DNA from: an uncultured virus (IMG/VR IMGVR_UViG_3300034520_000374)
Taxonomy: Duplodnaviria; Heunggongvirae; Uroviricota; Caudoviricetes
Direction: 5' to 3' (one strand)
IMG/VR virus record: IMGVR_UViG_3300034520_000374
DNA length: 30,137 nt
Of this stretch, positions 17,401 to 27,135 are shown in pieces. The first letter of the stretch is position 1. Each line of letters opens with the position of its first letter. A program made the position numbers and the translations under genes. The notes beneath the pieces are model-generated. The model did not search any database, was not told the origin of the DNA, and saw only the letters and a list, made by a program, of their open reading frames with translations.

Positions 17401-17636
17401 ATGGAGACATTCAATAAATATGAGTACATTAAGAACATCATTGAAGCCAATAGGCTTTTCAGCACAGACCCAGTATTGGTATCACAACTGAAGACATAAT
17501 AGACTTCAGTTGCGGCACCGAGTTTCCTCCATACACACTCACAATTTACAAAGGTGGAGTAGTATTAATATAGTTTACTTGGAGACGATTACCTGCAGGC
17601 CGACATTATCGTAATTATATAAAGGAGAGGAAGTGA
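17401..17636 (+). pseudogene. Possible fragmented gene remnant
   Basis: Protein-like fragments METFNKYEYIKNIIEANRLF.. (17401-17499) and, in a shifted frame, EDIIDFSCGTEFPPYTLTIYKGGVVLI* fill a gap in otherwise gene-dense DNA. Confidence 0.25.
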
Positions 17637-17649
17637 GGAGGCGAGAGTT

Positions 17650-17838
17650 GTGAGAAATGCATATAAGGGAGACATAGTGAGGGAGATATACAAGCCAACA
17701 GAATTTATATGTATTACCGATGGGGAGGAAAAAGAACCTGAGAAAGATAAGTATTACGTGATAGAGGACATTAAACCATATTTCGATGGCAAGCACATAA
17801 TTGAGGTGTCTTCTGTCCGATTTTTAGAAGGGGCTTAA
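17650..17838 (+). CDS. Hypothetical protein (62 aa)
   Basis: AGGAGG RBS before GTG; followed by a terminator. Confidence 0.7.
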   Translation: MRNAYKGDIVREIYKPTEFICITDGEEKEPEKDKYYVIEDIKPYFDGKHIIEVSSVRFLEGA

Positions 17839-17851
17839 GTTAATAAGGCAT

Positions 17852-17909
17852 AAAAATAAAGACTGCACCACTTTGATATTATCTGGCGGTGCAGTTTTGT
17901 TTTTATTTT
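17852..17909 (+). terminator. Rho-independent terminator
   Basis: AAAGACTGCACC ... GGTGCAGTTTT followed by GTTTTTATTTT. Confidence 0.75.
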
Positions 17910-17977
17910 ATGACAGGTCATACGACGCTAGAAGGAATTTGAGGTTAGAAGATAAGGAAGAAAAGGGATGGTGCAAT

Positions 17978-19078
17978 ATGGGCAGTGTAATAAACTTAGA
18001 TAAGCTCATCAGTAGTATGATACACTTTCCAAAAGTAGACGGTATACCACTATATACTCGTGTTGACAATCAGATAGATGAATATATAAGAAGTCAACTT
18101 AACAAAAGCCCTAAATGGGTGGAGTACTCTAAAAGGATTTATGGCTCACCCGATAACATCAGGAGAGTGTTTATAACTTACAAAGGGGTTTATGTGCATT
18201 TATATAGGCCTGTAGCAGGAGGAAAAGACAAATCACTTGTCAGAAAAACCTTGTTTTCACCAGCATTCGATGTGGTGTACAACGATATAATGACCAGTGC
18301 CATGACAGGTGCAAGGTCCAAGTATAAAGTTAGGCGATACGGTTTGAGGGCACTGTATAAACCTTGGGTGTGCTCCAATGTAGAAGAAGTCTACTTTGAC
18401 TGGACCTTATTCTTAAGTGAGGATATCAGGAATATAGGTTTCGGAGACCTTTTAATGTATTACAAGAGCGGAGAAAAATCCGTTGAACCGATTAAAACTA
18501 TATTCGAAGCAGCTTGTTTGTCAGACGGGTGCAAGCTGGCAGATAGGTATCCAAGGTTAAAATGCATCGGGTACATTAGCAGCCTGGAGGAAATTTACAA
18601 TGCTATCCCAATCAAGCCTGGTGCGGATTCTCTGGATGATATGATGAAGCCTTGGTACAACAATAACGTGCTCATTGAGGCGGTTAGGAATGGCTCTTGT
18701 AATGCGGCTGTATATGACATACCTGGTGTGCCGAAGCTCAATGCAAAATACTCTGTGAAAGATGGAATATACCTCTTCGATAGGGATGTACTTAAGGATT
18801 ATTTCTTGGCACTTGAGGAGAGAATTAAGCAATACCAGAAAGGCAAACGGCTCAGCGAAGTAGAAAAACAGAAAGAGGAACTGATTAAGAAGGTAAAGAA
18901 CACCAAGAGCGGGCTGGAGCTTCTAATAGACGAGATATACGCCAAAGAAGGTGCCGAAAAGGCCCGGCTAGCCTTGAGAATCAGTTTTGATGGGCTGAAG
19001 AAATCAGAAATAGAGGCAATACTGAACGAGATGAGCACAGAAGGAAATGAAAGGTACAGAGCATTATTAGGTTTATAG
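17978..19078 (+). CDS. Hypothetical protein sharing a domain with the downstream ATPase
   Basis: ATG 17978 after AAGGGATGGTG; the track start at 17873 lies inside the terminator. 366 aa with a helical C-terminus. Confidence 0.85.
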   Translation: MGSVINLDKLISSMIHFPKVDGIPLYTRVDNQIDEYIRSQLNKSPKWVEYSKRIYGSPDNIRRVFITYKGVYVHLYRPVAGGKDKSLVRKTLFSPAFDVVYNDIMTSAMTGARSKYKVRRYGLRALYKPWVCSNVEEVYFDWTLFLSEDIRNIGFGDLLMYYKSGEKSVEPIKTIFEAACLSDGCKLADRYPRLKCIGYISSLEEIYNAIPIKPGADSLDDMMKPWYNNNVLIEAVRNGSCNAAVYDIPGVPKLNAKYSVKDGIYLFDRDVLKDYFLALEERIKQYQKGKRLSEVEKQKEELIKKVKNTKSGLELLIDEIYAKEGAEKARLALRISFDGLKKSEIEAILNEMSTEGNERYRALLGL

Positions 19079-19094
19079 AAGGGAGGGATGAGCC

Positions 19095-22000
19095 ATGAGC
19101 GTACCAAAAGACATTGTAGAGAGACGAGCAAAGCTTATAAGTGGGCTATCTGGGCCTGACGAGAGAGCTCGCAGGGTTAGGTATAACATGTATTTAAGGT
19201 ACGGAGACCTTGCAATAGCTATCTACAAAGACCCAGTAAAAGAGGGGTTAATACGTGGAAACCCTGATACATTTGCTGTATTGACAGACCCTACAGTAGC
19301 TTCGTGGGCTTATGTTGGCAAGAGTAGTGATGAGTTCAGGCTAGCCGCAGATAAGTATCCTGAGCTCAATAAGCTGTTTTCTAATATTGAGGCTTTACAA
19401 AATGGCATAGCCAAAATAGTGTCAATTATAGGCAGCGAAAGGAAGGATATATCATACGAGGAATTTGTTAAAGGCATAACGGAATTTAAGCCAAACAATA
19501 TAGTTCCTCTTATGGATGACATAGATAAGACCGAGGAAGAGCAATTTATAGACACGGACTCCTACGAAAACCATGACGATATAGAAATAGATGAGTCGGA
19601 GTACTATGTTGACGATGAGGAAGCTGAGGTGGAGCCAGAAGTAGAGACTGAAGCGGAAATAGAGCCAGAAGAAAGTAGCGGAAACCTCTGGGAAGATGAG
19701 CCAGACCCAGAGCTAGAGGCCAACACAGCAAGAGTGATGTATGTTTACAAGGATTTATATGAGGCTGGCTTTGAGCTACATGTCCCTTACGGTATTCTCG
19801 TAAAAGAGGGCGTATTAAGGTTAGTAAATGGTAGGACGGAAGTTAAGAGCAACGCTTCATTTGCTAGGATATACGAGTTAATAAATAGTATAACAAACAA
19901 GTTTTTAGTTCAATCGGAAGTAGTAAATGGGATACCTGCTAGCAAGCTCAGGGACATAGAAATGAGGATGGGGACAACATATTATCCCGCATTTCAGCTT
20001 GGCAATTTATACGGGATAATAGGGGACAAAAAGGTAAAAACGTGGAGTGAGCTGGCAAGCATCCTGGAGCCAGAAGTAAGGAGAAATATAAAAGCCAACT
20101 TGGAGGCTGGGAAGGACATAAGGTTCATCACGGATGCGCTCACGACATCAATAGTTGTATCGGAGTTTGACTCTAAGGTAGCGTTAAAACTTCGGATTAA
20201 TATAGGTAATAGATTGCTGGACACTAATCTTTTCAAGAGCGAATACGAGAAAAGAAGAAGCAGCATAATGGCAGGTATAGGAGAGCTCTTCCATATTCAG
20301 CAGCTACGTACGGGTGTAGTGGAGGTAATAATAGTTTTTAACAGAGCAGCATACCATAACAGACCTATATTTGCTTATGAGGCTGTCCAAGAGTTGAAAA
20401 AGCGCGGACGTGAGCCTAGCATATCCAATATGATTTTAGGTCAGGATACATCCGGAAAAATTTATATAAACAACCTCAACAGGCAGAACGCGAGCATAAT
20501 ATTGATTGGCGCAGGCCCTCGTTCAGGGAAAGGCGTACTAACCTTAAATCTTGTTGGAGCTATTTTATCAGATGGTTATCCTCTAGTTTATGTAGATGGT
20601 AAGCCGGATATGGCTAAGGAACTTTGGAGGGTTGCCGAAAAGCATGGTATTAAGCCAGCAGTTTGGGATGCTTTTGACCCTCACGATAACAGGCTCGGAA
20701 CAGGAGCTCCAAAAGAGGTAAGGGCTGAGAACAGTACACTGCTCGGTATACTGGCATATCTAAAGGTTTTACAGCTGATGATGGCTGCTGCACACCTCAG
20801 GTCGACCAAAGGCATAATGGTAGGTGGCGCAGATAAAAGACCATTCTTCGTATTTGATGAGGTATTAGCGGTTCAACAGAACCTTAAAGGATGCTGGGGG
20901 TACGTAGTTAGTAAAGCTAAACAAGCTAAGAATAAGCAAGGTGACGAAGTAACCGAGTGGTGCAAAGCCATAGTAAAATGGGTAGAGGCACTATCATACA
21001 GTTTATCAGGAACATTAAATTCACAGCTTCCTATGAGCGGCATATCTACGGTTTGGCTATTCCAAACTATACAGCCTACTACATGGAGCGGGCTCAAGCT
21101 TAATGGTTTGGACAGCGATTTTGACTTATTCAAGCATCCTATTATGGCCAGAACTTCCATTAAAATACTCGGTAAAGGCACCACAGACAGTGAATATGGT
21201 TTGGGCAACAGAGAAATAAAAGGAAATAAGATTGTAGCGGAATTAATTGCGGCTGAGGGAGGCAGACACTTTGCTTATACGGAAGTGCAGAAAATTACGG
21301 ATATTGAGCAGATAAAGATATTTAAGCCATACCTGGTTCTTAATAGTGCAGAGCCCGATGCTGACTGCGTGAGGGAGCTCAAAAACAATGTATCGAGCGA
21401 GGTATGGAACGTAATAGCTCCTGGAGGAAGGTTGCATCCAGCCGCAGGCTTTGAGGGATTCCTACAATTACTTGGGCCACAGGTTATAGGCAACCTGGCT
21501 TTAGGCAGGGCATTTCTAGAAGAAATAATGCAAGCAGTAGGGTTAGCCGATAAATACAGTTCAGTTGAGGAATATCTGTATGATGCTTCCGTCGAGTCTT
21601 TCAAGTCTCTTGGCAGCCTGGTGCAGGACCCTGAGGTAGACGAGGAAGCTGGGCCTGATGGTTACATGTATGTCACTGGAGAAGGAGAAAAAGGAAGTCC
21701 AGAGGGATTTAGCTATATCACTTCTAATAAGTTGGATGATACACAACAAAAGAGTCAGATTGACACTTTTGGGGTACCATATAAGGTTGTTGGTGGTGCA
21801 AGAGGTGCTGTAGATGAGCAGTTTGAGATGGAGAGACAGGCGCGGGAAGCTCTTGAGAACAGCATAGAAGTTGAGACTGATGAAGGCGTAAGCACAGACG
21901 GTATGGAGGAAGTTACAGATAACGATTTACTGAGGGCAGTAGAGCAAGGTGAGCTAGACGCCAAAGAAGCTCTCAAGATACTTGTAGAAAAGCGGATGAG

Positions 22001-22862
22001 ACAATCTACGAGTATGACCGGCAATGACGGTAGGAGAGTTGTCGTAGACCAAACGCAGACTCAGAGTTTTTCTAAACTGACCAAAGATAACTGCATAGAC
22101 TGCCGTAATGTGTCTCCAGGACCGTTGTCAATGATTGAAAAGCTTATGTTAGATACACCTGCTGGAGCTCAAAGGTACATTGACAAATTGTGGAACGCAA
22201 TTCTTGAAGGTGTAGTATCTAAAGGGTATAAAAAGGCGAACATTACGAGAGTAAGTATATATGGTGGTCAGATGTACGTCAACGGTAGAATAGTTAACCT
22301 TAATGGAGTTATCGGCGGATACGAAAATATAAGGTTACGCGACATAGTGTCCTTCAGAGCTCTATTCAGGAAGTTCTTCATGATTAGAGAGTTAAGGCTA
22401 GACATGGATATGCTTAGGGTAGCCATAGCAGAACTTGGAGATAGTCCGATAGAGAAGCTTTTTAGACTTGGACAGAAGCTTGAAATAGTGTATATTCAGA
22501 AAGAAAATGGGGAAGTTGTAAGCTTTGATAGGACAAGTGTAATGAGTAGTAAGGCAAAGGAAATTTCCAGCAGGGGGCATGCAGCGAACGAGCTAGACAT
22601 GTACTGTATGGCAAAGTCTAAAAATAAGTGGTCCGATAACAGGACTGGAGACAACCTATGGGCATTGAGGATGGCAAAGAGTGGTTTGTACACAGCAGGT
22701 AAGATGTTCATGGACAGGAATAAACCTAGTGTTGGACGTGCAGCAATAATAGCGGGAGCAAGTTTAATGGTTGGCACAGTTGGCGCGGTAGTATGGGGCG
22801 TATCGAGATTTATTAGCGGTGTTCTTGGATTGAGCAGCGCTCTAACAGGTACCAATAGGTAA
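19095..22862 (+). CDS. Large VirD4/FtsK-HerA superfamily P-loop ATPase with acidic linkers and C-terminal hydrophobic segment
   Basis: MILGQDTSGK, Walker A IGAGPRSGKGV (20508-20537), YVDGKPD, Walker B FFVFDE (20844-20861), GISTVWLFQ; GGGAGG RBS. Confidence 0.75.
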   Translation: MSVPKDIVERRAKLISGLSGPDERARRVRYNMYLRYGDLAIAIYKDPVKEGLIRGNPDTFAVLTDPTVASWAYVGKSSDEFRLAADKYPELNKLFSNIEALQNGIAKIVSIIGSERKDISYEEFVKGITEFKPNNIVPLMDDIDKTEEEQFIDTDSYENHDDIEIDESEYYVDDEEAEVEPEVETEAEIEPEESSGNLWEDEPDPELEANTARVMYVYKDLYEAGFELHVPYGILVKEGVLRLVNGRTEVKSNASFARIYELINSITNKFLVQSEVVNGIPASKLRDIEMRMGTTYYPAFQLGNLYGIIGDKKVKTWSELASILEPEVRRNIKANLEAGKDIRFITDALTTSIVVSEFDSKVALKLRINIGNRLLDTNLFKSEYEKRRSSIMAGIGELFHIQQLRTGVVEVIIVFNRAAYHNRPIFAYEAVQELKKRGREPSISNMILGQDTSGKIYINNLNRQNASIILIGAGPRSGKGVLTLNLVGAILSDGYPLVYVDGKPDMAKELWRVAEKHGIKPAVWDAFDPHDNRLGTGAPKEVRAENSTLLGILAYLKVLQLMMAAAHLRSTKGIMVGGADKRPFFVFDEVLAVQQNLKGCWGYVVSKAKQAKNKQGDEVTEWCKAIVKWVEALSYSLSGTLNSQLPMSGISTVWLFQTIQPTTWSGLKLNGLDSDFDLFKHPIMARTSIKILGKGTTDSEYGLGNREIKGNKIVAELIAAEGGRHFAYTEVQKITDIEQIKIFKPYLVLNSAEPDADCVRELKNNVSSEVWNVIAPGGRLHPAAGFEGFLQLLGPQVIGNLALGRAFLEEIMQAVGLADKYSSVEEYLYDASVESFKSLGSLVQDPEVDEEAGPDGYMYVTGEGEKGSPEGFSYITSNKLDDTQQKSQIDTFGVPYKVVGGARGAVDEQFEMERQAREALENSIEVETDEGVSTDGMEEVTDNDLLRAVEQGELDAKEALKILVEKRMRQSTSMTGNDGRRVVVDQTQTQSFSKLTKDNCIDCRNVSPGPLSMIEKLMLDTPAGAQRYIDKLWNAILEGVVSKGYKKANITRVSIYGGQMYVNGRIVNLNGVIGGYENIRLRDIVSFRALFRKFFMIRELRLDMDMLRVAIAELGDSPIEKLFRLGQKLEIVYIQKENGEVVSFDRTSVMSSKAKEISSRGHAANELDMYCMAKSKNKWSDNRTGDNLWALRMAKSGLYTAGKMFMDRNKPSVGRAAIIAGASLMVGTVGAVVWGVSRFISGVLGLSSALTGTNR

Positions 22863-22895
22863 AAGCTGTTTCAGCTTTTACCTATACCTGTTTTA
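22845..22895 (+). terminator. Rho-independent terminator
   Basis: TAGGTAAAAGCTG-TTT-CAGCTTTTACCTA, extended by ACAGGTA/TACCTGT, then TTT. Confidence 0.8.
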
Positions 22896-22959
22896 CATAT
22901 GTGAGTAATTTTTAGTAGAAGGCATTTTCAGTTATTAGGCATCAAAAAATGGCTGTCAG

Positions 22960-22997
22960 CTTTAGGGTAAAAATCGAATATACTTTAGGGGTAAAAT
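22960..22997 (+). repeat. Tandem CTTTAGGG(G)TAAAA motif
   Basis: CTTTAGGGTAAAAAT at 22960 and CTTTAGGGGTAAAAT at 22983. Confidence 0.6.
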
Positions 22998-23052
22998 TTA
23001 ATAGGCTTTATAACTGGAAAAATGAAGGTGATTAAGGGAAGGTGCTATAAGC

Positions 23053-23793
23053 ATGAACTGGGAAAGACACTTCGATGATGTTTGGGGAATAACAACGAAT
23101 ACTTTTGGAAACTTTCCAGTTGTAATAGATAAACGGAGGAGTCATATAGCAGACATAAAGTCTATAGCATTAATACTGAGTGATGAAATCATATTTCCCG
23201 ATGAGGTTTCTTCTATGACAATAACGGCTATAGACGGAGAAAAGAAGGAAGTTTACAGGGTAGGAGCAAAGCTAGGTGCAGAGGCACTTGTGGCTTTAAC
23301 TTATTGGCTGAGGTTAAATGGCAAAGAGGTAGACAGCATAGCACTAGTAGGTACTAACGGTCTTGAGATAAAAATAGATGGTATAAGCCATTATGACGAC
23401 ACTTTGCGGATATTTGTAGACGATAGCTACAAAGCCTTTATAGAGGATATAATTAGCATAGATGACATGCGATTGCATAATATATACGTATGCAGAATAA
23501 TAGAGTTTGATGAAAGTAGCCTTGCAGACCGAGAGGAAATCATCTATTTGGCTATTAAAAATACCTTTGAGGAAATTGAGTACACAGTTGTTAAAGCAGG
23601 GGATAAAATGATAGGCATATCGGATGCTCTTGAAGCAGTATGTATAGTCGAAGGTACCATGTTAATGGTCATGTATCCGAAAGACGCAGGCAAGAGTATA
23701 GTGAGGAATCTTATAGCTAGTATTAGAAAAGCTTGTGAGATACATGGTGAGGACAGTGACATAAAGGTTTCTACCGAGATTTGCATGTTATAG
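23053..23793 (+). CDS. Hypothetical protein (246 aa, acidic)
   Basis: GGAAGGTG RBS; long ORF; no recognised motif. Confidence 0.85.
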   Translation: MNWERHFDDVWGITTNTFGNFPVVIDKRRSHIADIKSIALILSDEIIFPDEVSSMTITAIDGEKKEVYRVGAKLGAEALVALTYWLRLNGKEVDSIALVGTNGLEIKIDGISHYDDTLRIFVDDSYKAFIEDIISIDDMRLHNIYVCRIIEFDESSLADREEIIYLAIKNTFEEIEYTVVKAGDKMIGISDALEAVCIVEGTMLMVMYPKDAGKSIVRNLIASIRKACEIHGEDSDIKVSTEICML

Positions 23794-23806
23794 TGAGGTG
23801 AGAGAA

Positions 23807-24796
23807 ATGGCGGGGTACTGCAGATTAAAAGATGTTGACATTGAGAAAAACGTGGGGAACAGAGTGTATATTATTTTTATGGCCAGAAATGTGGATGTAA
23901 GACCACAAAAAGATGGCGGAGAGTACATTACACTAGATATGGTCGACAACGATAAAGTTGTCGAGGCCAAGATTTTCGGTATCAATAAGGAGACCAAGGA
24001 GAAGATATCCGAAGGAGGAGTTTACAAGGCAGCAGTAGACATAAAGACGTACAAAAGGAATGGCAGCGCATCATTAAGCTGCATTATTTACTCCATTGAT
24101 TATTGTGATATAAGCCCTATAGAATTTGTGGAGAAAGTAGAGAATCTGGAGTATTTTGTGGACATAATAAGGGCAGGTTTAGAATTAATAAAAGGCACTG
24201 TATATGAGGCTATAACCACTAGGATTTTAGGTAAGCATTGGGAGAAGTTTTCAATGTGGCCTGCAGGTAAAAGCATACATCATACGGAAATCGGCGGTTT
24301 GGTAATGCATACAGCTTGCGTATTAAAATCAGCAGTAGCAATAGGCAGGGTGTACAATGATATTTACGGGGATAAATTTGTAAATATGCCTTTGCTTGCT
24401 AGTGCAGCTATCCTACACGATGTAATGAAAACACGAGAGTTCGAGCTGGACATAAGTTCTGGAGCCGTAACCTACAGTAACTGTGGTGCCCTATCTTCGC
24501 ATATACTAGAGTGTTTACACGAGATAGATTTGGAGGCACATGAGCTGGGTATTGAGAATACTGAGGAGATAACTTTGCTTAAGCATGTAATAGCAGCACA
24601 TCATGGTAAGCTTGAGTTCGGTAGCCCAGTAAAAGCATGCACGACTGAGGCAATAATATTAAGCACTGCGGATAGCCAGGACGCGGAAATGTGGCAGTTC
24701 AATCGGGATGTCAAAGGTGTAAAAGCAGGTTCACATTCGGCTTTGTGGAAGCGTGGGGAGTTAGTGGTGAGGTATAAAGACACAACCAAAGAATGA
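23807..24796 (+). CDS. yhaM: YhaM/Cbf1-family 3'-5' exonuclease (OB fold + HD domain)
   Basis: OB-fold KDGGEYITLDMVD..VEAKIF; PAGKSIHH..GGLVMHT, AILHDVMK, IAAHHGKLEFGSP, STADSQDA; GAGGTG RBS before ATG 23807. Confidence 0.9.
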   Translation: MAGYCRLKDVDIEKNVGNRVYIIFMARNVDVRPQKDGGEYITLDMVDNDKVVEAKIFGINKETKEKISEGGVYKAAVDIKTYKRNGSASLSCIIYSIDYCDISPIEFVEKVENLEYFVDIIRAGLELIKGTVYEAITTRILGKHWEKFSMWPAGKSIHHTEIGGLVMHTACVLKSAVAIGRVYNDIYGDKFVNMPLLASAAILHDVMKTREFELDISSGAVTYSNCGALSSHILECLHEIDLEAHELGIENTEEITLLKHVIAAHHGKLEFGSPVKACTTEAIILSTADSQDAEMWQFNRDVKGVKAGSHSALWKRGELVVRYKDTTKE

Positions 24797-24824
24797 CCGT
24801 AAAATAAAATTATAACACATGTGT

Positions 24825-24860
24825 AAGATGCGCAGTCCATAAACTGCGCATTTTTGTATT
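24825..24860 (+). terminator. Rho-independent terminator
   Basis: AAGATGCGCAGT-CCATAA-ACTGCGCATTTT followed by TGTATTT. Confidence 0.85.
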
Positions 24861-24897
24861 TGTAATAAGTGAAGTTATTTCAAGGAGGTAGTTTGCA

Positions 24898-26193
24898 TTG
24901 AACAAGCATGTATTAAAACTGAAGGAGCATCTGTGTAGCACCAAAGAGAAACTTGCGGGGAACGCACAGATTAAACGGTGTGTTAAAGGTACATTCGGGA
25001 TTACACGCAGGCTATCCGATGTCTCCAAAGGTATTTCTGGGTGGCTACTGAAGGTACTTAACTTTAAGCTTGAGAAAATCGTGTTTTATTCTTTGATTTT
25101 AGGGCTAATAGCCGCAATAGTTCTATCATCTGTAGGGGCTGTCAAGGCGGGCAAGTACCTAACCATAAGGTCAAGAGCATTAAATGAGATACAACAGATA
25201 ATGAACGACATATGGAATTCCAACTACTATACTCAGATATACATCGAGAACGAGAAGTTTATAGCTTTTCTGCATAATAAAAACAAGGAGGCTTTTGCGC
25301 AGTCTAATACCGGTGGCGTAGCAGTTTTTAGGAACGACGGAAAGACGGTATCATTTGGCAAGGAGTTAACTATTGAGTACGGAGTTTGCCCGTTGAGACT
25401 TATCGAACTTGGCATGGACATGGTGAAGAAGTTCCAAGCCACAGTATCAATTCCAGACACCAATGCACAAGGTAGGCCCGACTACGTGAGTTATGAAATT
25501 CTGATTAAGGGGAAAGATAAAATATATAAACTTTATGAACAGGTAAGCAAGGAGTATGCTGATGAGATAATGCAACAGCTTTTTTATAACGGCTCCGAGC
25601 TAAATCCTAAAGACATTACGATGAAGTTAACACTTGTAAAAGGTAAAAATGGTGAGCTTGGTGGTGGATGTTGGTTAATTTCTAATGGCAAGGAATATAC
25701 TAGTTGGTATTTTGACGGGTACTTAAAGATGTTCGATTGGTCATTGACAAAGGACTGGTATTCTAACGATACCAGCGATACCAAGAAGTGGCAGCAACTG
25801 ATTGATGACCTTGTGGCCGAAGTAGATAAAAAGACCAAGGAATATGCCGATGCCAACGGTATAGATATCAATAAAGCAGGCGAGGAGTCTAAAGAGCAAA
25901 AGCAAGAGCAAACTGAGGGTAAAACGGGGGCTTTTAGTATTAACGGCATAAATTTCAATGGTGCCAGAGCAAATAATGTAACATACAAAGAGTGGAGCAG
26001 CATGACATCAGATGAAAAGGTAGCACTAGTGAACGAGACACTGGAAATTATTAAGAAGCAAGGAAAGAAAGTCAAGCAGGACGCAAAATGGTTTGCCGAC
26101 GAAATAGAGGCTTTCTATAGAAGTAACGACAAGACACTGGTAGTGTCACATGTTATAGTCGTTATAGGTACAGGTATGGGCGCTATAGAATAA
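24898..26193 (+). CDS. Single-pass membrane protein with large, probably extracytoplasmic domain
   Basis: AAGGAGGT RBS before TTG; basic N-terminus then TM segment IVFYSLILGLIAAIVLSSVGAV. Confidence 0.85.
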   Translation: MNKHVLKLKEHLCSTKEKLAGNAQIKRCVKGTFGITRRLSDVSKGISGWLLKVLNFKLEKIVFYSLILGLIAAIVLSSVGAVKAGKYLTIRSRALNEIQQIMNDIWNSNYYTQIYIENEKFIAFLHNKNKEAFAQSNTGGVAVFRNDGKTVSFGKELTIEYGVCPLRLIELGMDMVKKFQATVSIPDTNAQGRPDYVSYEILIKGKDKIYKLYEQVSKEYADEIMQQLFYNGSELNPKDITMKLTLVKGKNGELGGGCWLISNGKEYTSWYFDGYLKMFDWSLTKDWYSNDTSDTKKWQQLIDDLVAEVDKKTKEYADANGIDINKAGEESKEQKQEQTEGKTGAFSINGINFNGARANNVTYKEWSSMTSDEKVALVNETLEIIKKQGKKVKQDAKWFADEIEAFYRSNDKTLVVSHVIVVIGTGMGAIE

Positions 26194-26208
26194 AGGAGGT
26201 GTAAAACA

Positions 26209-26496
26209 ATGTTCGATAAGGACATAAAAAGGGTAATAATAGGTGTAGCCGATGACATAGAACAAGATAAAAATGCCTGGACGCCATCATGGCGTCCGGG
26301 CTATGATGAGGCATCAATAAACATAAGCCTACTTGTAAATTATATTGCCAGGACAACCGGGACAAGTCTGGATAGCCGTAGTTATGGTGAGTTTTATGAT
26401 AGTTGTTTGTTTTCACTTTTAGAGGAATTAAGGAAGCGTAAGCTTTATAATCGTGTGGAGGGAGATATACTGTATATCTTTAGGAAGGTAAAGTGA
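26209..26496 (+). CDS. Hypothetical protein (95 aa)
   Basis: AAAGGAGGTG RBS. Confidence 0.8.
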   Translation: MFDKDIKRVIIGVADDIEQDKNAWTPSWRPGYDEASINISLLVNYIARTTGTSLDSRSYGEFYDSCLFSLLEELRKRKLYNRVEGDILYIFRKVK

Positions 26497-27110
26497 GGCG
26501 TGGAGTCATGAGCAGTATGAGCGTTAGAGAAGCAATGAGTTTGCTTGGATTTACATCTGTTGATGAGTTAAGCCAGGAGAGTATAAAAGTAAAGTGGAGG
26601 AATATAATCAAGAAGATTCATCCTGACATTGGCGGGGATGAAGAACTTACAAAGAAGTGCAATATGGCATATGAAGTTCTCATGAACGCATTGCCAAATA
26701 TAGATTACTTGCACAAGGTTGAAAAGAACGTTATAAAGCTTATAGGCATCAAAGACCTAGTAGCCATTTATGAGGAGAGGGCACGTAGTTCTAAGCTCGG
26801 TGTGAACTTTGGGGATATAATTGGTGGAAAGAAGAAAGAAGAAAGGTTGCTTATTGAGATACCTGTAGCTATTAAGTTTAGAGATTTGATTGTCGAGAAA
26901 AGTTTTTTAATGCCACAAAGCAAAAACGATATTTATACATGCACAATTTTTCTGGATGACCATGACGATATATTTAAGGACGAGGACATAGAGGTCATTG
27001 TGGTTGACAAGGCTGTCCATAATGCTATGGGGTGCAAGAAAGTATTTAAGTTTGATTTTGGATATAATGTTACAGTTCTAGTACATGTTGAAAGGGTCAT
27101 GGCTACGTGA
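26493..27110 (+). CDS. J-domain (DnaJ-like) protein
   Basis: AMSLLG..IKVKWRNIIKKIHPDIGGDEELTKKCNMAYEVL with intact HPD; start may be ATG 26508. Confidence 0.9.
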   Translation: MRRGVMSSMSVREAMSLLGFTSVDELSQESIKVKWRNIIKKIHPDIGGDEELTKKCNMAYEVLMNALPNIDYLHKVEKNVIKLIGIKDLVAIYEERARSSKLGVNFGDIIGGKKKEERLLIEIPVAIKFRDLIVEKSFLMPQSKNDIYTCTIFLDDHDDIFKDEDIEVIVVDKAVHNAMGCKKVFKFDFGYNVTVLVHVERVMAT

Positions 27111-27135
27111 GACAGTAGTAAGGAGGTAAATCAAT

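Noticed and set aside
17490..17525. IIDFSCGT as a SAM-binding motif of a methyltransferase
   Set aside because: An isolated short fragment with no other MTase motifs; too weak to call.
19620..19673. 30-bp-period duplication (EAEVEPE/EAEIEPE) in the ATPase linker
   Set aside because: Ordinary low-complexity acidic linker; no separate function can be supported.
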